Source: Escherichia coli
GTDB lineage: Bacteria; Pseudomonadota; Gammaproteobacteria; Enterobacterales; Enterobacteriaceae
DNA length: 64,000 nucleotides
NCBI RefSeq assembly: GCF_050320075.1
Contig: NZ_CP190019.1
Reading direction: 5' to 3' (one strand)
In this document: piece after piece, positions 1 through 12,497 of the stretch
How positions within the stretch are numbered: the first letter of the stretch is position 1
Layout of the letters: each line of letters begins with the position of its first letter
Program-made: the position numbers and the translations under genes
Notes under the pieces: generated by a model
Seen by the model: only the letters and a program-made list of their open reading frames with translations
The model's database searches: none
What the model was told of the DNA's origin: nothing

Positions 1-978
1 GTGGATAAGTCCTCCGGTGAGCTGGTGACACTGACACCAAACAATAACAACACCGTACAACCTGTGGCGCTGATGCGTCTGGGCGTTTTTGTACCGACCC
101 TTAAATCACTGAAGAACAGTAAAAAAAATACACTGTCACGTACTGATGCCACGGAAGAGCTGACACGTCTTTCCCTGGCCCGTGCTGAGGGATTCGATAA
201 GGTTGAGATCACCGGCCCCCGCCTGGATATGGATAATGATTTCAAGACCTGGGTGGGGATCATTCATTCCTTTGCCCGCCATAACGTGATTGGTGACAAA
301 GTTGAACTGCCTTTTGTTGAGTTTGCAAAACTGTGTGGTATACCTTCAAGCCAGTCATCCCGCAGGCTGCGTGAGCGCATCAGCCCTTCCCTGAAGCGCA
401 TTGCCGGTACCGTGATTTCGTTTTCCCGTACCGATGAGAAGCACACCCGGGAATATATCACCCATCTGGTACAGTCAGCTTACTACGATACTGAGCGGGA
501 TATTGTGCAGTTACAGGCCGATCCCCGCCTGTTTGAACTGTACCAGTTTGACAGAAAAGTCCTTCTCCAGCTTAAGGCGATTAATGCCCTGAAGCGACGG
601 GAGTCCGCCCAGGCACTCTACACCTTTATAGAGAGCCTGCCCCGGGATCCGGCACCGATATCGCTGGCGCGGCTGCGTGCACGCCTCAATCTGAAGTCTC
701 CTGTATTTTCCCAGAACCAGACGGTCAGACGGGCAATGGAGCAGTTGCGCGAGATTGGATATCTTGATTACACGGAGATCCAGCGGGGGCGGACAAAATT
801 CTTCTGTATTCACTACCGGCGTCCCCGGTTAAAAGCGCCGAATGACGAGAGTAAGGAAAATCCGTTGCAACCTTCACCTGCGGAAAAAGTCAGTCCGGAG
901 ATGGCGGAGAAGCTTGCCCTGCTTGAGAAACTGGGCATCACGCTGGATGACCTGGAAAAACTCTTCAAATCCCGCTGA
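1..978 (+). CDS. repA: RepFIB replication initiation protein RepA (325 aa)
   Basis: Full-length ORF from GTG at position 1; translation ([17 protein letters not shown]...LEKLFKSR) matches the RepFIB initiator of IncF plasmids as I recall it; iteron-like repeats follow immediately. Confidence 0.9.
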   Translation: MDKSSGELVTLTPNNNNTVQPVALMRLGVFVPTLKSLKNSKKNTLSRTDATEELTRLSLARAEGFDKVEITGPRLDMDNDFKTWVGIIHSFARHNVIGDKVELPFVEFAKLCGIPSSQSSRRLRERISPSLKRIAGTVISFSRTDEKHTREYITHLVQSAYYDTERDIVQLQADPRLFELYQFDRKVLLQLKAINALKRRESAQALYTFIESLPRDPAPISLARLRARLNLKSPVFSQNQTVRRAMEQLREIGYLDYTEIQRGRTKFFCIHYRRPRLKAPNDESKENPLQPSPAEKVSPEMAEKLALLEKLGITLDDLEKLFKSR

Positions 979-1004
979 ACATAAACTGTAGTCAGTGAAG
1001 AGCG

Positions 1005-1250
1005 CTCCTTTACTGACTACAGCTTATATTAACCGGCGCAGTGAGTGGTCTGCTCACTGCAGTTTATATTCTGTTTCCTGCAGTGCTGTCTGTAGCTGAG
1101 CTGCCATCTGCCTGTCCCTTACGTAAGTGATCCCGTAACCTGATCCTGAGGCATTGCTCCCTTCATAAAACATGACTTACTCACTACAGCTTATATACAT
1201 GCTCCAGCTTATGTTATGTCTGTTCTGCTGACCACAGCTTATATAAGGAA
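1005..1250. repeat. RepFIB downstream iteron-like direct repeats (ACTACAGCTTATAT-type)
   Basis: Copies at 1013-1029, 1179-1198 and 1228-1248, a variant at 1051-1070 and an inverted copy at 981-996. Confidence 0.55.
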
Positions 1251-1262
1251 GCGCGTATGCCG

Positions 1263-2003
1263 TCACCTCAGGGGAGGCAGTGTACGCAGGATCTCCGCAG
1301 CATCCCGCCCGTCACCTGTGAAAGGCACTGCCAGCGTGGCAGCCATATCCAGTGCAAACACTCTGGTATAAACCTCCATCGAACGTGGATCCCTGTGACC
1401 AACCAGTGCCTGGATGACTTTCCGGGGCTGGCGGTGATAGAGCATGTGCATGATATAGCTGTGCCGGAAGGTGTGTGGTGTGACCGGAATCGAAAAGTGT
1501 ACTCCGTCAGCTTCGGCCCGTCTGACAGCCTGCTTCAGCCAGTTGCGCATGGTTTCGTCGGTCACGGCCCATAATGGTTCACGACGACGGGGCCGGGTGG
1601 TGATCATCCAGCTTTCCATCTGCCTGACATAGCTTATATCTGTCAGCGGAACCAGGCGCACTTCATCTTTTGGCGGGCGTCCGCGTCGCGCACGCACTTT
1701 TTCGGACAGGATCCGCACAAACGGTCTTACTCCATTCAGGTCAAATGATTCCGGCGTCAGCATCCGGGCTTCGCCAATACGCATTCCGGTATTCCAGAGG
1801 GTGGCGAACAGCATATGGTGACGCTGATCCGGCATATAGAAGAGAAGGGCACTCACTTCCGGGGCCAGCAGGTAGGCCGGTGTGGCCCCCGTGGAAGTGG
1901 CCATTCTTCTCAGGGAGAGCGCTGTTGCAAAATCCACCCCCGGCGCAATGGGTAACAGGGAGACGCGTTCAGGTGAATTCTGCAGGGGAATGACATTGTT
2001 CAT
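1263..2003 (-). CDS. int: Tyrosine site-specific recombinase/integrase (RepFIB-associated int)
   Basis: 246-aa ORF with C-terminal phage-integrase catalytic region ([12 protein letters not shown]...GH...Y); position directly after RepFIB as in ColV plasmids. Confidence 0.8.
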   Translation of the reverse strand: MNNVIPLQNSPERVSLLPIAPGVDFATALSLRRMATSTGATPAYLLAPEVSALLFYMPDQRHHMLFATLWNTGMRIGEARMLTPESFDLNGVRPFVRILSEKVRARRGRPPKDEVRLVPLTDISYVRQMESWMITTRPRRREPLWAVTDETMRNWLKQAVRRAEADGVHFSIPVTPHTFRHSYIMHMLYHRQPRKVIQALVGHRDPRSMEVYTRVFALDMAATLAVPFTGDGRDAAEILRTLPPLR

Positions 2004-2685
2004 GAGTTATTTTTCACGTAGCACACGCACTGTTTATGGATACAGGTATTCTGACCTGAACGCCCGGATCCTTCCACGACAATAAATCGCAGCGCGCGGA
2101 TCCTTTTGTTTGATTATCACGCATTATTGCGGGTAAAACCAAATACATAAAGGCGCATTTTGCCGCTGGGATCCCGTCTTAAGCCAGTCATGGTGCGGGC
2201 TGAGGGCTGGTTTACCGTTTTTGGGAGAATTGGGGTAATGCCAGGACAGGCAGAAACGGAGAAAAAATCCTGCAGACGCCCTTAAAAGACAACTGAAAAT
2301 TTCTGACTCCATATTCCTCTGGTTTCAGACTGCTTAATCACATCATCAACCTGATACATAACAAACAGATTCTGTTCACAGAATGAACAATTAAGTAAAT
2401 GGTTAGATTATGCGAAAAAGTACAGATATTTCTCACCATCGTTATTGAATAATATGTCTTCACACAAACAATATTAATATTTTGAGTGTAAGCCCTGACT
2501 CAAAGAAAGAAATGTCTGTTTTCGGAATCAAAAATATATAGTTATCAAAATACATTAATTTCAAATTTGAAATTAATGTAAAACGATTTAGTAAATGTTA
2601 TGATATTATAAATCTACTCCTCCATGTTTAGAGGAGTATTTGCAGACTGGACGCTCTTATATAGTTACTTACCTTTATACATATT

Positions 2686-3594
2686 CTAACATAAGCATTT
2701 ACCAACCTTACAGGGAACAGACCATAGTAGTTTATATTTCCATTCAGGTCTGAATGCACCGATAGAATATATCATCTTTTTATTATTATCCTGACAATAC
2801 CTTCGCGCTTTATCTATATTCAGCCACATAAGGACACTTCCCGGACTTAGTTTCATGCAATTCTCATCATTCAGAACTGCACCATTTGGAACGTCATAAT
2901 AAACATTACATGAGCTTTCAGATTTCAGTACTATATCAATAGCACACGGTTTATTATCCCAGAATAGCACATGGCCAAACATAAGTTCTCGTAAGTGAGA
3001 AATAAACATTAACAGATTATCATATTCGTAGCAAGGTAGGGTACCTCCAAACCGGGAATGAAAAAGTGATATATAAGAGCTGGATATTTCTTTATCGGAT
3101 AACTGGCTTATACACTTAATCTCTCCGCCATTCCTGATAAATCTCTGGATTTCATTTCGGCGAGTTTTTTCAAATTTAGGTGAAAAAGATTCCTTTATAA
3201 TACAATTTTGTTTTTTTCTGGCTATTTTCCATGTTGCATTGATAATATTTTGTTTATTTATAATTGATAATTTATTAGTTTTATCCGGAAAAAAACATCT
3301 TGCATGTGGGGAAAAAGGAATTAATACCTCATCAGATGAAAGAGGATAAGACCTTCTTGCCATTATCCCAATTTGTTTTCCATTGCACAGAAAATATGAG
3401 CCTTTGATATCACCATCTTTTTCATAGTGAAAAAAATCAAACTTCCAGTCATGATGTATCATAAAGTATGAAACAACATCCGGATGCATGTTTACACTAC
3501 CACCGTATTTTTCAAAAGTTTTTTTGTACGTTTCGAATGTAGATGGTTTCCAGGCCGTAATAATGCGCTTTATATTTTTAATTGACAAAGTCAT
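2686..3594 (-). CDS. mig-14: Mig-14-like protein (302 aa)
   Basis: 302-aa ORF immediately downstream of hlyF on the same strand; the hlyF-mig-14 pairing is typical of ColV plasmids; protein identity recalled, not verified. Confidence 0.5.
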   Translation of the reverse strand: MTLSIKNIKRIITAWKPSTFETYKKTFEKYGGSVNMHPDVVSYFMIHHDWKFDFFHYEKDGDIKGSYFLCNGKQIGIMARRSYPLSSDEVLIPFSPHARCFFPDKTNKLSIINKQNIINATWKIARKKQNCIIKESFSPKFEKTRRNEIQRFIRNGGEIKCISQLSDKEISSSYISLFHSRFGGTLPCYEYDNLLMFISHLRELMFGHVLFWDNKPCAIDIVLKSESSCNVYYDVPNGAVLNDENCMKLSPGSVLMWLNIDKARRYCQDNNKKMIYSIGAFRPEWKYKLLWSVPCKVGKCLC

Positions 3595-3656
3595 ATCCTC
3601 GGCGTTTTTATATATTATGAGTGCAACACCAACAATAATTCTGATTATGATAAATA

Positions 3657-4766
3657 TTATTTAAAATCAACTTCCATTTGTTGTTGAATTGAAAGGTGTT
3701 TTGTCGTTTCTATACAGTATTTAATATAATCAGTAAACTTTGGCGGTTTAGGCATTCCGATACTCAGTAGCTTGTCGTTACTGAAACAAACATTGAGCAT
3801 ACTGAACGCTCCATATAAACGAATGGCTTTTAACATAAGGCGTTCGTTACAGGGACCAAAAATATTTTTAAAATCATGACGGCTCATTGCCAGTATGTCA
3901 TAACTGACTTTAGTATATCTGTCTCCAACAGGATCACAGTTCAAAGCACGGGCTACAGCTTCGTCAATAGCAGAGAACGTCACACTACTTTCTTTACCTG
4001 CTGATATATGAACAATCTCACCATTAATTAACGAGCTTTCAAGCAACATTAGCAATGCATCAGCACAATAATCTACAGGGATAACATCTATTTTATCATC
4101 CAGAGAGCACATAAATTTTTGCAACATTAACCCCATTCTGAATACCCAGAAAATACTGGTTGAAGGTAAGCACCCTAAACGACTGTGGCCAACAATAATT
4201 GATGGTCGGGCAACCAACAAAGGTAAATCAGGACACTGCTTACGCATCAGATATTCTATTGTTGCTTTTGAATGCGTATACTCCACTAAATGTTCACCTG
4301 TTTCTGATGAAGCAGACTCTTCCTTAACTAGCGACCCCGTATGAGGTGTACAAGACATAGCAGTACCAACATGAAGGAAGCGTTTCAGTCCTGCCACTTT
4401 TGCCATTCTTCTTGCAAAAGCAAGTGTACCTGTAACATTCACATTCCATATAAAAGGATTATTACCAAAAGAAGCTATAGCCGCACAGTTTATAACATGA
4501 GTGACTTCATCAAGACGAGGATCCATGAGAAAGGCTTCCGGATTATTTAGATCCCCAGGCAAGATGTTATCATTAGTTAATGCATGCAACCTTTCCTCAC
4601 AAACATTAAATTTACGCATATTTTCTTTAATTCTTTCCAGTCCCGCTTGTGGAGTAGGTGCTCGTACTAAAAGTAGCAAATTTATATTATTACAGTTATC
4701 CAGCAGCTTATCCAGGACCGCGCCACCAAGAAATCCTGTTGCACCTGTAAGTAATAATAATTTCAT
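3657..4766 (-). CDS. hlyF: HlyF, SDR-family NAD(P)-binding protein (369 aa)
   Basis: N-terminal Rossmann motif LLLTGATGFLGGAVLDKLL; size and context (next to ompT) as in ColV plasmids. Confidence 0.75.
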   Translation of the reverse strand: MKLLLLTGATGFLGGAVLDKLLDNCNNINLLLLVRAPTPQAGLERIKENMRKFNVCEERLHALTNDNILPGDLNNPEAFLMDPRLDEVTHVINCAAIASFGNNPFIWNVNVTGTLAFARRMAKVAGLKRFLHVGTAMSCTPHTGSLVKEESASSETGEHLVEYTHSKATIEYLMRKQCPDLPLLVARPSIIVGHSRLGCLPSTSIFWVFRMGLMLQKFMCSLDDKIDVIPVDYCADALLMLLESSLINGEIVHISAGKESSVTFSAIDEAVARALNCDPVGDRYTKVSYDILAMSRHDFKNIFGPCNERLMLKAIRLYGAFSMLNVCFSNDKLLSIGMPKPPKFTDYIKYCIETTKHLSIQQQMEVDFK

Positions 4767-5198
4767 ATCTAACCTCTTTTGTTTTCATGTGATCATTATA
4801 AAAATAAATTATCTTACATAAACAATGATTAAACAAAATCAAGAGAGATTAAATGTAAAAACAATGTTTATTTTTATACGGCAGAATCCTTCAGGTTATT
4901 GCGTGTGTTTTTATTGGATGGTCTTCTTATTATTGACGAGTAATAGAATTATAATAAAGTTCATATTGTTAACATCGCTTATCAATTATTTTTATGTCGA
5001 TAACACTGTGTCGTTATGCATGAAGAGTGGCAGGGCAGCATCTTTAAAAATACAAGAGTTAACAGAAACACTTTTATCGTTGAGCACATATACCCTCCAC
5101 ATATTATAAAAAATCAAAAGACCACCATCAGAAGTGCTGGCCTTTTGTTTATCATATTTAAAGTGTCATGAAAAAGTTAAAAACAGGCATGCTTCAGG

Positions 5199-6158
5199 TT
5201 AAAAATAATACTTCAGACCAGCTGTGGTCATAAAGTTATAGCTTTCAATGCCTGCACCATTTTTGGTGTGATCAGATATATTCAAATTTCTGGAGTACAG
5301 AGAAGTATCACCTTTCTTATTAGTAATACGGTTCCATGTTCCTTCGACATAAACTTTAGCTGCAGGTGTAATATAATAACCAGCATGTAGTGAGACAGAG
5401 TAATAGTTCTGATTATTTACATCGCTACGATAGGTGATCCTTTTCTCAGGGTTGTAATGCTCATCATTATCCGATGCCTTCACCCATCCGCTATATTTGA
5501 AACTCCCCCCGAACTCAAAGCTATCATACCGATAATTACCGGTTAACCCTATATAGGGCATTTTAAAGTGTTGTTTGTAGCCTATAGCTCTTTCACCATC
5601 TGGAAATGATCCCGTTTCATCCCGGAAGCCTCCCTCACTACTATAGATATAAGAGCCTCCTTTTGCTGTAAAGCTATAACGATTTTCCTGGTAACCAGCC
5701 ATAAGACCTAACTGATAGTCTGGTTGATTCAGGAGCCATCCCTTAATATTCAGGTCGAATTCATTAGCAAAATTTAGACGGGTATTCGGATGTTTACTCT
5801 CATCAGTCCAGGTTCCGGGATTGCTCGTATCCAGCCAGTCCCTGTCCACCATATTGCCTCCACGACCAGCTAATGTTGTCCACCCTGAGGCACCGACAGA
5901 TACTCTGGGTAACAGATCCCAGTTAAATGCCCCCTTGACAATTGGCGCATTACTGTATTTCCAGTCCAGCTGGCTGGCTTTGCGCCCTTTTTCTTCAGGC
6001 AGATAAACCCGTTCTTTGGCCTTGCCACTTAAAGTGCCAAAATCAATCTCCGTACTGATTTTCTCCGGTGTAAAAGAAAGCCCAGTATCAGAAGCCAGTG
6101 CAGCAAACGCTACAGGAGCTGAGAGTGCAGTAGCAAGAATCTTTAAGTACATAGACAA
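5199..6158 (-). CDS. ompT: Plasmid-borne omptin outer-membrane protease OmpT (319 aa)
   Basis: Signal peptide followed by omptin-like beta-barrel sequence (…WTDESKHPNTRLNF…GLKYYF end). Confidence 0.8.
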   Translation of the reverse strand: MSMYLKILATALSAPVAFAALASDTGLSFTPEKISTEIDFGTLSGKAKERVYLPEEKGRKASQLDWKYSNAPIVKGAFNWDLLPRVSVGASGWTTLAGRGGNMVDRDWLDTSNPGTWTDESKHPNTRLNFANEFDLNIKGWLLNQPDYQLGLMAGYQENRYSFTAKGGSYIYSSEGGFRDETGSFPDGERAIGYKQHFKMPYIGLTGNYRYDSFEFGGSFKYSGWVKASDNDEHYNPEKRITYRSDVNNQNYYSVSLHAGYYITPAAKVYVEGTWNRITNKKGDTSLYSRNLNISDHTKNGAGIESYNFMTTAGLKYYF

Positions 6159-7440
6159 GTTAACTCCATTCCACTCGTTTGTTTTTGATAAATATTTTTT
6201 TATTTACTCGTAGTAGTCAACTGAAAAATGCTGTTTTGTTTAACGTTTGTTTACAATGTGGCCACATGTCGCTTTATTTATTCCCTTTTATGTCAGAATA
6301 TCAGGGGAGTCAGTCAAACCCGGTATGATTACTGCCCCGGTCATCCATGTTCCAGAAAATATCAGGGCATACAGGGCGCTGGTAACTGCGAATAAGGCCC
6401 TGGTCGGACACTTTATGCCGGGAACGTCTGTAACGTGGAAACCGGTACCTTCTTCCTGGGGTTATTTTGTTAACTCTTATCTAAAGGGAGACAAAATGGC
6501 CAAATCCTGCGATTATGAAGCAATCAGGGTCTTTATTAGCGTTAATGTCGGCAAATATACCAATAACGCCATTACAGTTAATTATTCAGATAGCGTTTGT
6601 GCGACAAGACATTACCATTCGACGAAAATAAACTCAGGTGGTTGATATCAGAAATCAACCGTGGCTCCACCTACAAAAAAAGTTGCTGGTTTATAAATCC
6701 CTCCTTTCTGATTAATAAGAAAACTAATAACATATGAGTGTGATTACTTGTTCAGATAAGTTAATTATCTTAGTGATTGATATTTATTTTGTTTCAGTGA
6801 AAATGATGCTTTTATTAGAAAATTTATAAATACCAAGTCGGTGGTGTTTATTAGTGTAATGGAGGGGAGTGCGTAAATCGTTCATGTAACACTTCCTTCC
6901 AATAATACTTTATAAATCAATAGATGTATGATTACTTATTTCCTGAAATATCATATATATTGCTATATTTCTTAACGAGATATTCTTATTTTATTGATAA
7001 TTGCATCTCTTTTATTTAATGTAAAGCTTTCTTATTAATCTTCTAATGTATTGCAAAATGGTAGATGCTGAGTAATCAACAGACTTGTATGTAAAGTCAA
7101 GATTAACGTTGCTAAAGCACGCATCAATTTTCTGATAAAAGGATGGGGTTGTTTTTTTCGATAAAAAAAATTCTTGTCTAACCACTGGTGAAATAAGATT
7201 ATTATTACCCCGAATTAATACTGAGCCTAACAATAGAATACAAAAAAAACAAAATGCTTTAAATAAGGGGAGCACTATAAGTTATCCTCTTTACTTTATG
7301 CTTACCAACTCACTTATGTTACTTTATAACATAACCCATCTTGCGTTGTAAACAGACTCGTTTTAGTTCCATGCACCTTTTGAGATCGTGACCAAATAAT
7401 GGCGTTAGTGATGTTCTTCCAGTGTCATATGGTTAAGTAG

Positions 7441-7712
7441 TTGATATGGCGTTCACTGTTATATTCTGACAACCAGTTTGCCGCCAGTTCCCGCTTTTCA
7501 TCCAGCGTTCTGAACAGACAAAAACCGAGTATTTTTGTTCGGTATGTCCGGTTAAAACTCTCGATAAAAGCGTTCTGCGCCAACTTACCTGATTGGGTAA
7601 TCTCCAGTTTTACTACATGTTTTTCTGCGCATTACGTCCGTGTTGGATAAAAAAAATCCTGGCCATAATCTATGCGAATCATAGCTGGATAGACATGGTT
7701 TTCCGCAATCCT
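7441..7712 (-). mobile_element. IS3-family-like transposase fragment (remnant)
   Basis: Reverse-strand translation gives …QNAFIESFNRTYRTKILGFCLFRTLDEKRELAANWLSEYNSER…, typical of a DDE transposase C-terminal region; abuts the IS629-like element. Confidence 0.4.
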
Positions 7713-7766
7713 TGAACCGCCCCGGGAATCCTGGAGACTAAACTCCCTGAGAAAGAGGTAAACAGG

Positions 7767-8093
7767 ATGACTAAAAATACTCGTTTTTCCCCCGAAGTCC
7801 GTCAGAGGGCGATTCGTATGGTTCTGGAAAGTCAGGGCGAATATGACTCACAGTGGGCGGCAATTTGTTCCATTGCCCCAAAGATTGGCTGTACACCGGA
7901 GACTCTGCGTGTCTGGGTACGCCAGCATGAGCGGGATACCGGAGGCGGTGATGGCGGGCTCACCACCGCTGAACGTCAGCGTCTGAAAGAGCTGGAACGT
8001 GAAAATCGTGAACTGCGCCGCAGTAACGATATCCTTCGCCAGGCTTCCGCTTATTTTGCGAAGGCGGAGTTCGACCGCCTCTGGAAAAAATGA
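7767..8093 (+). CDS. IS629-like OrfA (108 aa)
   Basis: [50 protein letters not shown]… matches IS629/IS1203 OrfA as recalled. Confidence 0.85.
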   Translation: MTKNTRFSPEVRQRAIRMVLESQGEYDSQWAAICSIAPKIGCTPETLRVWVRQHERDTGGGDGGLTTAERQRLKELERENRELRRSNDILRQASAYFAKAEFDRLWKK

Positions 8094-8507
8094 TGCCACT
8101 GCTGGATAAGCTGCGTGAGCAGTACGGGGTCGGACCGCTATGCAGCGAACTGCATATTGCCCCGTCAACGTATTACCACTGTCAGCAACAGCGACATCAT
8201 CCGGATAAACGCAGTGCCCGTGCGCAGCGCGATGACTGGCTGAAGAAAGAGATACAGCGCGTATACGATGAAAATCACAAGGTATACGGTGTGCGTAAAG
8301 TCTGGCGTCAGTTGTTACGGGAAGGTATCAGAGTGGCCAGATGCACTGTGGCACGTCTCATGGCAGTTATGGGACTTGCCGGTGTTCTCCGTGGTAAAAA
8401 GGTCCGTACGACCATCAGCCGGAAAGCCGTTGTCGCAGGCGACCGCGTAAACCGTCAGTTCGTGGCAGAACGTCCTGACCAGTTGTGGGTGGCTGATTCT
8501 ACTTACG
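8090..8507 (+). CDS. IS629-like OrfB, 5' portion (exon 1, interrupted by intron)
   Basis: [20 protein letters not shown]…QLWVADSTY then reading frame enters intron sequence. Confidence 0.75.
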
Positions 8508-9163
8508 GTGTGCCCGGAGTTCAGGGCGGGCATGGATGCTTAAATGAACCGCGAGTCTGTCTGGAATATTGAACCGGTAACTCACGATGAGAAACCCAAC
8601 AATCCCACCGGGTGTGACGGTGGAGAACCTGAGCGGCAGTGACCTGCGGCATGCCCGCAGGGTGATGTAACCCGCTGACAACGGGGATTGAGGCGAGATC
8701 ACTAAGCCGAGATGATCCTCAAGGTTAAGTACTGAAAGGCTGAAGAACATAAACCCGTTAATCCGCCTCTGTGGGTTGAAAACGTCACCACGGCCTACGT
8801 GATCTGACAGGCCGTGCAGGAGGAACTGGCAGTGATACGTAAGCACTGCCGGTCGAAGGTGTTTTGACATGTATGCGAAACACCGGGGCAGCAGCGTCTA
8901 TCACGCTTGCGTTGCTGACTTCTGCCAACTTGCGGCAAGCAAGGATAAAGAGTGCGACGGGCAGCCTCCTCAGTATGCCTGAGTCCAGGCAGGTAAACCG
9001 GGGAAGGTCAGCGACGGATGTTAAGGGGGCATGGCTCCGATGACGCGCTGGCTGGCGGAGCTTCCGTAGTAGTCCGCGATGGGGAAAGCCCATTACATGG
9101 CGAAGGGAAGCAGTTTGAATGTGTTTGCGACGTGAATTAACTGGCCTAACGAGGTGAAGACCT

Positions 9164-10687
9164 TTGATAATCAGCGAAATGCAACGCAAGCTTGCCACAT
9201 GGGCAGCCACCGATCCGTCCCTACGGATTCAACGGCTGCTGCGTCTGATAACACAACCAGAATGGCTGGCTGAAGCGGCGCGGATCACGCTTTCATCAAA
9301 GGGGGCGCATACCCCCGGCGTTGATGGCGTGAACAAAACAATGCTACAGGCCAGACTGGCTGTTGAGCTGCAAATCCTCAGGGATGAATTACTCTCAGGC
9401 CACTACCAGCCCTTGCCCGCCAGACGGGTTTACATCCCTAAAAGCAACGGCAAACTGCGACCACTGGGTATCCCCGCGTTGCGGGATCGTATTGTTCAGC
9501 GGGCCATGCTGATGGCGATGGAGCCGATATGGGAGAGTGATTTTCATACGCTCTCATATGGCTTCCGGCCTGAGCGCAGTGTCCACCACGCGATCCGCAC
9601 GGTGAAATTACAGCTCACAGACTGCGGTGAAACCCGGGGACGCTGGGTGATTGAAGGCGACCTGTCCAGTTACTTCGACACCGTACATCATCGACTGCTG
9701 ATGAAGGCTGTACGCCGCAGGATCAGTGACGCACGTTTCATGACTCTGCTGTGGAAAACCATCAAGGCGGGACATATCGATGTCGGTCTCTTTCGGGCGG
9801 CCAGTGAAGGTGTGCCACAGGGCGGTGTTATATCGCCGCTATTATCGAACATCATGCTGAATGAGTTCGATCAATACCTGCATGAGCGCTACCTGAGCGG
9901 GAAAGCCAGAAAAGATCGGTGGTACTGGAATAACAGTATCCAACGGGGCCGAAGTACGGCGGTCAGAGAAAACTGGCAGTGGAAACCCGCGGTGGCGTAC
10001 TGCCGCTATGCCGATGATTTTGTCCTCATCGTCAAAGGCACCAAAGCACAGGCGGAAGCCATCAGGGAGGAGTGTCGGGGTGTGCTCGAAGGCAGTCTGA
10101 AACTCAGGCTGAACATGGATAAGACTAAAATCACCCATGTTAATGACGGCTTTATCTTTCTGGGGCACAGGATCATTCGCAAACGCAGTCGTTATGGCGA
10201 GATGCGAGTGGTCTCAACGATCCCGCAGGAGAAAGCCAGAAACTTCGCCGCATCGCTGACAGCACTGTTATCAGGCAACTACAGTGAAAGCAAAGTCGAT
10301 ATGGCTGAACAACTCAACCGAAAACTGAAAGGCTGGGCCATGTTCTATCAGTTCGTTGATTTTAAGGCCAAAGTCTTCAGTTATATCGACCGTGTCGTGT
10401 TCTGGAAGCTGGCTCACTGGCTGGCCCGCAAATACCGTACAGGTATCGCTTCCCTGATGAGGTGGTGGTGTAAATCACCGAAACCGGGTCAGAGTAAAAC
10501 GTGGGTTTTATTTGGTAAAACCAATCACGGCAAGCTCAGCGGCGAAATACTGTACCGGTTGGTGGGGCAAGGCAAGAAGCTGTTCCGCTGGCGGCTACCC
10601 GAAGGTAATCCCTATCTGAGGACGGAGACCAGAAACACGTATACATCGCGCTTTACAGAAGTGGCAATGGCGTTCGCCAGCATTTAA
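9164..10687 (+). CDS. Group II intron-encoded reverse transcriptase/maturase (507 aa)
   Basis: RT motifs including …AYCRYADDFVLIV… (YADD), maturase-like C-terminal region. Confidence 0.85.
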   Translation: MIISEMQRKLATWAATDPSLRIQRLLRLITQPEWLAEAARITLSSKGAHTPGVDGVNKTMLQARLAVELQILRDELLSGHYQPLPARRVYIPKSNGKLRPLGIPALRDRIVQRAMLMAMEPIWESDFHTLSYGFRPERSVHHAIRTVKLQLTDCGETRGRWVIEGDLSSYFDTVHHRLLMKAVRRRISDARFMTLLWKTIKAGHIDVGLFRAASEGVPQGGVISPLLSNIMLNEFDQYLHERYLSGKARKDRWYWNNSIQRGRSTAVRENWQWKPAVAYCRYADDFVLIVKGTKAQAEAIREECRGVLEGSLKLRLNMDKTKITHVNDGFIFLGHRIIRKRSRYGEMRVVSTIPQEKARNFAASLTALLSGNYSESKVDMAEQLNRKLKGWAMFYQFVDFKAKVFSYIDRVVFWKLAHWLARKYRTGIASLMRWWCKSPKPGQSKTWVLFGKTNHGKLSGEILYRLVGQGKKLFRWRLPEGNPYLRTETRNTYTSRFTEVAMAFASI

Positions 10688-10692
10688 ATGGA

Positions 10693-10726
10693 GAGCCGGA
10701 TGCGCTGAAAGGTGCACGTCCGGTTC
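10693..10726 (+). ncRNA. Group II intron domain V (catalytic hairpin)
   Basis: GAGCCGGATGCGCTGAAAGGTGCACGTCCGGTTC fits the domain V consensus; lies 51 nt upstream of the intron 3' end. Confidence 0.7.
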
Positions 10727-10749
10727 GGGGAGGAGAGGCAGGGAAATAG

Positions 10750-11250
<501 letters not shown>

Positions 11251-11292
11251 GTTCACAGATAAAACACTCTCCAGGAAACCCGGGGCGGTTCA

Positions 11293-11690
<398 letters not shown>

Positions 11691-11722
11691 TTAGTGTATG
11701 ATGGTGTTTTTGAGGTGCTCCA

Positions 11723-11998
11723 GTGGCTTCTGTTTCTATCAGCTGTCCCTCCTGTTCAGCTACTGACGGAGTGGTGCGTAACGGCAAAAGCACCGCCGGA
11801 CATCAGCGCTATCTCTGCTCTCACTGCCGTAAAACATGGCAACTGCAGTTCACTTACACCGCTTCTCAACCCGGTACGCACCAGAAAATCATTGATATGG
11901 CCATGAATGGCGTTGGATGCCGGGTAACTGCCCGCATTATGGGCGTTGGCCTCAACACGATTTTACGTCACTTAAAAAACTCAGGCCGCAGTCGGTAA
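11723..11998 (+). CDS. insA: IS1 InsA
   Basis: 91-aa [43 protein letters not shown]…. Confidence 0.85.
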   Translation: MASVSISCPSCSATDGVVRNGKSTAGHQRYLCSHCRKTWQLQFTYTASQPGTHQKIIDMAMNGVGCRVTARIMGVGLNTILRHLKNSGRSR

Positions 11999-12420
11999 CC
12001 TCGCGCATACAGCCGGGCAGTGACGTCATCGTCTGCGCGGAAATGGACGAACAGTGGGGCTATGTCGGGGCTAAATCGCGCCAGCGCTGGCTGTTTTACG
12101 CGTATGACAGGCTCCGGAAGACGGTTGTTGCGCACGTATTCGGTGAACGCACTATGGCGACGCTGGGGCGTCTTATGAGCCTGCTGTCACCCTTTGACGT
12201 GGTGATATGGATGACGGATGGCTGGCCGCTGTATGAATCCCGCCTGAAGGGAAAGCTGCACGTAATCAGCAAGCGATATACGCAGCGAATTGAGCGGCAT
12301 AACCTGAATCTGAGGCAGCACCTGGCACGGCTGGGACGGAAGTCGCTGTCGTTTTCAAAATCGGTGGAGCTGCATGACAAAGTCATCGGGCATTATCTGA
12401 ACATAAAACACTATCAATAA
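11917..12420 (+). CDS. insB: IS1 InsB frame (expressed as an InsAB fusion by frameshifting)
   Basis: 167-aa ORF overlapping insA in the -1 frame. Confidence 0.8.
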   Translation: MPGNCPHYGRWPQHDFTSLKKLRPQSVTSRIQPGSDVIVCAEMDEQWGYVGAKSRQRWLFYAYDRLRKTVVAHVFGERTMATLGRLMSLLSPFDVVIWMTDGWPLYESRLKGKLHVISKRYTQRIERHNLNLRQHLARLGRKSLSFSKSVELHDKVIGHYLNIKHYQ

Positions 12421-12497
12421 GTTGGAGTCATTACCCAATAGCCGAAAGATAGCGCACACATCGCCGTTGGTCAGTTAGTACGAGGTTTCCGCCAAGT

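Noticed and set aside
1622-1640. Additional iteron-like sequence GACATAGCTTATATCTGTCAG
   Set aside because: Lies inside the int coding region and is isolated from the iteron cluster; probably coincidental similarity
6160-7440. AT-rich region with 132-aa (+) and 87-aa (-) ORFs
   Set aside because: No motifs, ribosome-binding sites or context to support them as genes; likely intergenic or degraded DNA
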